A stretch of 32,000 nucleotides of DNA from positions 1 through 32,000 of the forward strand of contig JBHLKY010000012.1 in NCBI GenBank assembly GCA_048886185.1, written 5' to 3'. This document shows, one piece after another, positions 25,685 through 32,000 of the stretch. The translations under genes and the position numbers were made by a program. The DNA comes from Candidatus Hermodarchaeota archaeon. Its GTDB lineage: Archaea > Asgardarchaeota > Heimdallarchaeia > Hodarchaeales > Hodarchaeaceae. The first letter of the stretch is position 1, and every line of letters starts with the position of its first letter. The notes beneath the pieces were generated by a model, which was not told where the DNA came from, ran no database searches, and worked only from the letters and a program-made list of their open reading frames with translations.

Positions 25685-27784
25685 TCATCTAAGGACTCTT
25701 CGTCGGATTTTCGCGGTTAATATTTGTTGCAAGAACACCTGTTTCAAGTATGTTGTTTTTTCAATTATTTTTTGAGTTGTGATTAATTTAGTATCAATAG
25801 CTGAGAGAATGTTTACAATGTCTTTTTGTTCGCTCAAAGGAGGGAGGAAAATTTGGATCGTATTAAAATCTGATCTGTTAATTCCTCCCACAACCCCATG
25901 GAATCTTTTTTTGATTTGGTTCTGGCAGATGGAAGAGAATAATAAATAAAATAGAAAATAATTATCCAAAACTTCCCTATCTTTACTTCTTACAATAAAA
26001 ATATGTTCATTAACAGCGATTTTCTCATAGGGTAAATCCCTTACTAGACCGACTTTCCCTGTAGTTGCTCCGTCTTTCACTACTAGAATATCATTCAACT
26101 GTACTTTTCCCTGTGAAAGGTTCTTATCATAGAATTCCTCTGGAATGAATTTGATATTCGTCCAAAGAATTTGACCTGAATCATTAATATGTTCTCCCCC
26201 AATACTGGCTACTACTCCCTCTTTTAATGCTCCACCTTTGGCTCTTTTCCCTGTTTCTAACTCCACAAACTCCCCCAAGTATACCTTACGCCATGTATCA
26301 GGAATGTTTTTCATTAAACTTTCTTCAAATCCATTAAAGATATCATCGATTTTCTGATTGATGTCCTTTTGTTTCTCGTCTAATTTTTTCAATTCAGAAA
26401 TATCAGAATTTAGCTGAGAAATGTTTTTTGGATCATCTTCCACAGTCGTCTCAATATAAAGGGGAATATTCAGATTATATCCATATTCTCTTATTTCTCT
26501 TAACGAAGCTACCCTTGAGAATCTTTTAATAGAATTAAAATTTTTGAATGCCATAACGATTTTAGCTATATCCTCCTCCTGTAAAATGTTCTTGGATCTT
26601 TCCTCTTTGTAGAGTTGAAATGCATCAATGAACAGTATCTTATTTTTTCGGTCTGGGTGTTTTTTCTTGTTAAGCAATACAATAGCTGCTGGAATTGACG
26701 TTCCATAAAAGAGATTAGGAGCTATTCCAATAATTGCTTCTATTAAATCATTGTCAACCAAAGCTTTTCGGATTTTTTTTTCATTACCTCCTCTGAACAA
26801 AATACCATGAGGAAATATCGCTCCCATTCGTCCATTAGGCTGTAATGTGGCTAACATATGCTGTAAAAAAGCCATATCGCCATATGATTTTGGAGGTATT
26901 CCATATTTAAAACGATTGTATGAATCATTTTTTGCTATTTCAATTCCCCAATGCGCTAGAGAAAAGGGGGGATTTGCGATAACGATATCAAACAGTATTA
27001 ATTGATCATCCTCAATCAGCTTCGGATTTCGAATTGTATCTCCACTTTTTATTTTAAAATTAGCTATTCCATGTAGTACCATATTCATAATACAAATTGA
27101 CCATGTATGTATGTTCTTTTCTTGCCCATAAAGTGATAAATTCAGCCAATTACCCCCGTTTCTTTTAATATACTCAACACATTGGATTAACATCCCTCCT
27201 GATCCTACTGTTGGATCTGAAATACACATTCCCTCTTCTGGTGAGAGTAATTCTACCAAGAGTCTGACAACCATATGAGGAGTATAAAATTCTCCTCCCT
27301 TCTTACCAGCTGATTCAGCAAACTGAGCAATTAAATATTCATAGGCCCTACCCAATATATCAGGGTCAGTTAAATCACAATTTCGTAGTCGTAGATTGCT
27401 AAAATGCCTAATTAGATGATTCACTGTTTCATTGGATAAACGGTCACTAATATCAAAGCTAATTCCCGTTAAAACCCCTTTTAAAACAGGGTTGTGTTTT
27501 TCGATTACATCACATGCCTTCATTAAAGATGAGGCGTTGAGTGCAGGCCATTGAGCTTGTTTAGGGATGAAAAATGCATAATTATCAAGTTTGTCCTTTT
27601 CAGAATTGTTCACATGTTGAATTTTCTTTTCAATTTCTTCTTCAAAAACATCATTTAATCGTTTTAAGAATAACAAGCTAAAAATATAGTGCTTATATTC
27701 AGAGGCATCAACACTCCCCCTTAAAATATTGCTTGCTTCCCAAAGATGTTTCTCTAACTCTTCTTGACTTATTTTTATGCCCAT
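25685..27784 (-). CDS. hsdM: Type I N6-adenine methyltransferase (HsdM) fused to a single-TRD specificity module (half HsdS)
   Basis: LW.ASNILRG..DASEYK.YI..LLFLKRL, LGRAYEYLI..FA, GEFYTP, DPTVGSGGM, NPPF; then IPDTW..VYLGE, TRD, LPPLSEQKDIV.IL..ID. ATG 27784 is preferred. Confidence 0.92.
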   Translation of the reverse strand: MGIKISQEELEKHLWEASNILRGSVDASEYKHYIFSLLFLKRLNDVFEEEIEKKIQHVNNSEKDKLDNYAFFIPKQAQWPALNASSLMKACDVIEKHNPVLKGVLTGISFDISDRLSNETVNHLIRHFSNLRLRNCDLTDPDILGRAYEYLIAQFAESAGKKGGEFYTPHMVVRLLVELLSPEEGMCISDPTVGSGGMLIQCVEYIKRNGGNWLNLSLYGQEKNIHTWSICIMNMVLHGIANFKIKSGDTIRNPKLIEDDQLILFDIVIANPPFSLAHWGIEIAKNDSYNRFKYGIPPKSYGDMAFLQHMLATLQPNGRMGAIFPHGILFRGGNEKKIRKALVDNDLIEAIIGIAPNLFYGTSIPAAIVLLNKKKHPDRKNKILFIDAFQLYKEERSKNILQEEDIAKIVMAFKNFNSIKRFSRVASLREIREYGYNLNIPLYIETTVEDDPKNISQLNSDISELKKLDEKQKDINQKIDDIFNGFEESLMKNIPDTWRKVYLGEFVELETGKRAKGGALKEGVVASIGGEHINDSGQILWTNIKFIPEEFYDKNLSQGKVQLNDILVVKDGATTGKVGLVRDLPYEKIAVNEHIFIVRSKDREVLDNYFLFYLLFSSICQNQIKKRFHGVVGGINRSDFNTIQIFLPPLSEQKDIVNILSAIDTKLITTQKIIEKTTYLKQVFLQQILTAKIRRRVLR

Positions 27785-27950
27785 ATAACTGTGCAATTTT
27801 CTTTGATGGTGTTTTTTTTGCATTTGATATGCCCAAGTCGATCATTCTGATGAATAATTTTTCAATAAAAAGACTTCTTAAAACCTTATTGAAATTGAGA
27901 TTTACTCAATCCTAAATTATGTATTCCAACCCATAGGGAAAATAATCCAA

Positions 27951-29144
27951 ATGACAAGCCCAAAAACAAGTCAAAAACGGTTTTATCTAGTATCTGTTGA
28001 CATACTTCAAGGATTATCGATATTTTTGATGGTTATGGGTCATACATTGTTCTGGTGGGATGATCTTTTTAACACAAATTGGCCAGATATAGAATTCACA
28101 GTTGCTCTCGTCATTGCAATAGCGATCGTAGCACATCCTTGTTTTTTCTTTATCTACAGTTTTAATGTTGGAAATTCGCTTCTTTTGAAAGAAACTGACA
28201 TTGAACGCCGTAAAACAAGACACCGTCTTATAAAACGAACTATTATTTTTATTTTAATTGCGGAATTGTTGGAAGGAGTAGCAGCACTAGTTATGTCACC
28301 TAAACATTTATTGAATTTCCTCCTCACTTGGGAATTATTTCATATGTTTGCTCTTTCTACACTTTTCCTCTTGGTTGTTTTTGAATTTGCTTGGCAAGTC
28401 GAGAAAAGAAGTAATTTCACCTCTAACAGTATTGTGATAACAGTTTTATTATTTGTCTTGGTTTCCTTGTTAATGATTTTCTTAATTTATCATGACTATG
28501 CGAATGCAGAGAAGCATTTAGTCTACGTAAATCTAAACATAAATTCTATTTTAAAGCGTATATTCTTTGAAGAAGGCCAAAATCCTATAATACCCTGGCT
28601 TTCATTTTCTGTTATCGGAGGACTCTTAGCTACATTTCTTGATTTACCACATGGGAAAAAAGAGGGTATTTTAAAGAAATCAAGAATGGTAATAATTGGT
28701 GGATCGTTCATAATAATCATAGGTTCCTTATTTTTGAGTCTAGAGAGATACACTTCCACCCCTTTACTTTATTCAATTTCATCCTCTTTCTTATTCATAG
28801 CGATAGGAATACTCATTCTTATTACGCCAATAATGATTGTATTTCTCGATATAGATTCGTTGTATTCAACACCAGACATTAATAGACTATCCTTACCATT
28901 AGTCCTTGTCAGTAATATTAGTTTAACAGTCTATATCTTTCATAATATTGGATTCATAATTCCTCCCGAATTTCCATTTTTGAATACATTTATCAGCATT
29001 GAAATAATACCCATTGTAATCGGGTTCCTGTATTCAATGTTCTTTGTATGTATTGCCTTTTTATGGAAAAAATCGGATTTTAAATACAGTTTGGAATGGA
29101 TAATAATCAAACTCCAAAATATTTCATGGAGATGGTGGATATAA
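27951..29144 (+). CDS. Polytopic membrane acyltransferase-like protein, HGSNAT-catalytic/DUF1624 family (copy 1)
   Basis: SVDILQGLSIFLMVMGH (cf. the family D..RG.....M...H motif), P.FFF, about 10 TM segments, PIIPW, LTVYIFH, LEW. Confidence 0.75.
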   Translation: MTSPKTSQKRFYLVSVDILQGLSIFLMVMGHTLFWWDDLFNTNWPDIEFTVALVIAIAIVAHPCFFFIYSFNVGNSLLLKETDIERRKTRHRLIKRTIIFILIAELLEGVAALVMSPKHLLNFLLTWELFHMFALSTLFLLVVFEFAWQVEKRSNFTSNSIVITVLLFVLVSLLMIFLIYHDYANAEKHLVYVNLNINSILKRIFFEEGQNPIIPWLSFSVIGGLLATFLDLPHGKKEGILKKSRMVIIGGSFIIIIGSLFLSLERYTSTPLLYSISSSFLFIAIGILILITPIMIVFLDIDSLYSTPDINRLSLPLVLVSNISLTVYIFHNIGFIIPPEFPFLNTFISIEIIPIVIGFLYSMFFVCIAFLWKKSDFKYSLEWIIIKLQNISWRWWI

Positions 29145-29216
29145 GTACAATTTGAGATTTCTAACTAAGATTCATGGATTCAAACAGATAATTTCTGTAA
29201 GTAAAGTGAAAAGAGT

Positions 29217-30419
29217 TTGAAGGAGAATATAACACAAAATCATTTCTATCTGGCTTCAATTGATATTCTCCAAGGAATTTCAATAATCTATTTTGTTACT
29301 TGGCATACAATGCTCTGGTGGGATCATTCCATTGATTCAAGATGGCCAAATGTTTTACTCCCTACTTATCTTTTTATGACAACTGCAATGTGTATCCCTC
29401 CGTTGTTCTTCTGCCTCTATGGATTTAATGTTGCCAATTCATTAATGAGAAAAAGAACTGAAATTGAGCGTCACGATAGTAGAACACGGCTTTTAAAACG
29501 AACAGTAATATTTTTCGTGATTGCAGAATTCTGTGAAGGAATAACAGCGTTAGTAACAAATCCTGGCTATCTACTCAATTACCTTTTCACATGGGAATTA
29601 TTTCATCTATTTTCTCTCTCAACAATTTTTCTTTTATTAGTATTTGAGTTTGCTTGGAAATTAGAGGAACAAGAGGGGTATAACTATCGAAAAATTGGTG
29701 GAAGCGTCTTAATATTCTTCTTGATTTTTATTATAGCCATTTTTTTGATTATTCATGACTATACAAGTAGTACAAGGATTGAAAGCATGCACGTTGAATT
29801 AGCTTTGGATTCGATTCTTAAAAGAATGCTGTTCGAGTATGGTCAAAATCCGGTGATTCCATGGCTTTCCTTCCCAATAATTGGCGGAATAACAGCTATC
29901 TTCCTCAATTTAACAAATGAAGAGAGATCTGTTGCATTGAAAAAAACTTTACTGGCTTTTCTAGGTGGGTTCACTCCTTTGATTTTAGGAATACTTTTTC
30001 TCGGGATTGAAAGATATATTTCGAATCCAGTTTACTATCCAGCTTCCTCTTCCTTTTTATTCATAGCTATCGGTACTGTAATTCTTTTAACAACGTCTTT
30101 GATTCTTATCATTGATTTAAACCTTAAAAATTCTCAAATTATAATTAAAATATTTAAACCATTGATTCTTATCAGTAAAATTAGCTTGACCGTTTTCATT
30201 ATTCATTATGGAGTGTATATCATCCCCCCTGAATTCATCCTCTTTACAATACTCATCTCATCTGAAATAGCTGCTATGATCCTGGGATTCCTTTATTCAC
30301 TAACTTTTGTTTTAATTGCTTTCATCTGGCAAAAATGGCATTATATGTACAGTTTGGAATGGACAATCTCTAAGCTACAAACAACCCCATGGCGATGGTG
30401 GCTTGATAGATCAGTATGA
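29217..30419 (+). CDS. Polytopic membrane acyltransferase-like protein, HGSNAT-catalytic/DUF1624 family (copy 2, tandem paralogue)
   Basis: SIDILQGISIIYFVTWH; long blocks near-identical to copy 1 (TWELFH, LVFEFAW, GQNP.IPWLSF, YSLEW, WRWW). Confidence 0.75.
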   Translation: MKENITQNHFYLASIDILQGISIIYFVTWHTMLWWDHSIDSRWPNVLLPTYLFMTTAMCIPPLFFCLYGFNVANSLMRKRTEIERHDSRTRLLKRTVIFFVIAEFCEGITALVTNPGYLLNYLFTWELFHLFSLSTIFLLLVFEFAWKLEEQEGYNYRKIGGSVLIFFLIFIIAIFLIIHDYTSSTRIESMHVELALDSILKRMLFEYGQNPVIPWLSFPIIGGITAIFLNLTNEERSVALKKTLLAFLGGFTPLILGILFLGIERYISNPVYYPASSSFLFIAIGTVILLTTSLILIIDLNLKNSQIIIKIFKPLILISKISLTVFIIHYGVYIIPPEFILFTILISSEIAAMILGFLYSLTFVLIAFIWQKWHYMYSLEWTISKLQTTPWRWWLDRSV

Positions 30420-30562
30420 CATGATTAGAAGTTGTTCATGATTTTTAGTGAAGTTTTCAGTTATTAAATATCGTATTTACAAAGAAATGAACCATTTTAC
30501 GAAGAGTGTTCAAACTTTGAATGGCTTTATATAATAGTTAATTAATATATACATTCAGTGGT

Positions 30563-31618
30563 ATGCAGTCAAATATATTGAATAATTCTACTTCTGTTAT
30601 AGAACAACCTATAATCAATGGTCATGAAATACTACTATTTGAAGAAGACATCGCCTGGAATGCGATCAAGGGTTGGATTATGACCCAATATCTCAATCAG
30701 AAGGGATTATTAGTTTATAATGGTGAGCTTGTCAATCGAACATTCCTAAAAGCTGTATTTCAGGTTATTAATGAAAATCAAATTCACCAAAAACCAAAGA
30801 AACTCTACTCAATTAGTACCCTCCTAAGATTGATTGATCAAGATATGGAAGAAAAAGTTCGTGAAATTATTAGAAATCAGATATGGGAAGCAATTGAGAG
30901 AGATAATGTTCTAGGACTAAGCTATATTTTCAATTTTGTCGAACATATAGAAATCAATAAATTAGCTGTTCTTAATTTGGAACGTATTCTAAAAGGTCTT
31001 TTTCAAAATAAATTTGGTTTTCCTATAGATTGCTGCTGTCTTTATCCTGCGTCACTTGATGTACTGGACTTTGCTGAATTAGTTAATCTTCATGACGGAT
31101 ACCAAATCTTTGATCACTATCAGAAACCAAGATTAAAACATCATGTGCAGACAGATCAAATTAGTTGGACTCATAAAGAAATAGATGTAGAATCACAAAA
31201 ACAAGACAGCTCCATTCCTTATATTGCTAAACGAGCTTATTCAAAATCAAACTCACCTTTCTATTTTTCCCAGGGGGATCGGATTATTGGTATAGCTAAT
31301 GATCTTAAAGATCTTTACAATCAACTTGGAAAAATCCCATTAGATGTTTTTTGTTTTCATTGTTATAGGATTAGTCAATCTAATCTCGCAGGCCATGCTA
31401 TATCACCAAGCCCCAGAAGCGATATTGCGCTTTGGATCGAATATTCAGTTGGAGACACTCAGCTAGCTCATCAAATCTATGATACAGTAAACCACTCCTT
31501 ATGTGATCAGAAAACGCTTGAAGCAGGATCAAAATTTACTCAAATAACCATAAGATCTACTGTTCTCCAACTAATCAAAGCGAGGTTAGATTATCTTTCT
31601 TCTGTAGAATTCATGTGA
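30563..31618 (+). CDS. MEDS-like sensory domain fused to a DUF5752-like domain
   Basis: GHEILLFE...CCCLYP...LVNLHD resembles MEDS; PFYF..A.DL.DL...L..IP.DVF.FH...DIALWI....D..LA..I resembles DUF5752. Confidence 0.62.
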   Translation: MQSNILNNSTSVIEQPIINGHEILLFEEDIAWNAIKGWIMTQYLNQKGLLVYNGELVNRTFLKAVFQVINENQIHQKPKKLYSISTLLRLIDQDMEEKVREIIRNQIWEAIERDNVLGLSYIFNFVEHIEINKLAVLNLERILKGLFQNKFGFPIDCCCLYPASLDVLDFAELVNLHDGYQIFDHYQKPRLKHHVQTDQISWTHKEIDVESQKQDSSIPYIAKRAYSKSNSPFYFSQGDRIIGIANDLKDLYNQLGKIPLDVFCFHCYRISQSNLAGHAISPSPRSDIALWIEYSVGDTQLAHQIYDTVNHSLCDQKTLEAGSKFTQITIRSTVLQLIKARLDYLSSVEFM

Positions 31619-31660
31619 GACAATCATATAAGTTGAAAAAGATGGATGTTGTTATGTTCT

Positions 31661-32000
31661 TCAAGTATATGGAATACCTGATGGAGCTGCTTTATAATTA
31701 AGGGCTTTTTTTACTGAAAGATAATATCGTTTGAAGAAGCTTAACCATTTATCCATATAATTTTCCCTATACTGTTTATATCCCATGAAAAGGTAAAAAT
31801 TCTTTCTCTCATCCTTTGGCGCGATGACCTCAATCCTTTTCACATCAAAAATCACAATATTTTCCATGAGTTTTAATAGTGATGACCCAATTCTCTTTCT
31901 TTGATATTCTTGTTTTACTGCAATGCTTATTACAAATGCATGATGTTCCCGAATCATGAAGACAACCCCCCCTAAAATTTCACCATATTCAGATTTTGCA
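31661..32000 (-). CDS. GNAT acetyltransferase, 5'-truncated by the window edge
   Basis: ISIAVKQEYQRKRIGSSLL (motif A), FYLFMGY (motif B); the frame is open upstream of ATG 31957 (EILGGVVF) to the window end. Confidence 0.88.
   Translation of the reverse strand, partial: AKSEYGEILGGVVFMIREHHAFVISIAVKQEYQRKRIGSSLLKLMENIVIFDVKRIEVIAPKDERKNFYLFMGYKQYRENYMDKWLSFFKRYYLSVKKALNYKAAPSGIPYT

Noticed and set aside
1840-28759. Short ORF-track entries overlapping longer genes (e.g. 1840, 2158, 3877, 4175, 5709, 7348, 7510, 8268, 8757, 8845, 9504, 9689, 9892, 9968, 10711, 11002, 12034, 12531, 13728, 14752, 16430, 17130, 22799, 24773, 27733, 28014, 28523)
   Set aside because: They overlap well-supported genes on the opposite strand or in another frame and have no motifs; treated as shadow ORFs.
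4575-29219. Frequent TTG/GTG start codons
   Set aside because: Several starts are uncertain, and non-ATG starts are common in archaea, so this is not a distinct signal.
1-32000. CRISPR arrays, IS elements, integrases, rRNA or tRNA genes
   Set aside because: No regularly spaced repeats, transposase or recombinase motifs, or RNA-gene signatures found on either strand by eye.

Overview
Gene-dense, AT-rich prokaryotic window with about 28 protein-coding genes and no rRNA, tRNA, CRISPR array, transposase or integrase that I can see. An archaeal/eukaryote-type ProRS, archaeal TATA-like promoters, frequent TTG/GTG starts, a C-terminally anchored surface glycoprotein and three Roadblock/LC7 domains suggest an Asgard archaeon, possibly Heimdallarchaeia (inference). 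Ordinary genes: M19 dipeptidase, MFS transporters, NUDIX, ProRS, isoaspartyl peptidase, Thr dehydratase, nitroreductase, cyclophilin, GNAT. Unusual items: (1) a Roadblock gene next to a 651-aa Roadblock-Roadblock-winged helix-coiled coil-split Zn finger protein, with no GTPase nearby; (2) an in-frame MFS transporter/Old Yellow Enzyme fusion lacking the catalytic residues; (3) a membrane-anchored glucuronyl C5-epimerase-like glycoprotein and a tandem pair of HGSNAT/DUF1624-like acyltransferases; (4) a class II (bacterial/eukaryote-type) tRNA nucleotidyltransferase; (5) a SplB-like radical SAM protein with a PolX-like N-terminal-domain tail; (6) an orphan HsdM fused to a half-size HsdS; (7) a candidate 69-nt K-loop sRNA with its own TATA box. 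All family calls come from motif recognition by eye; no database searches were run.
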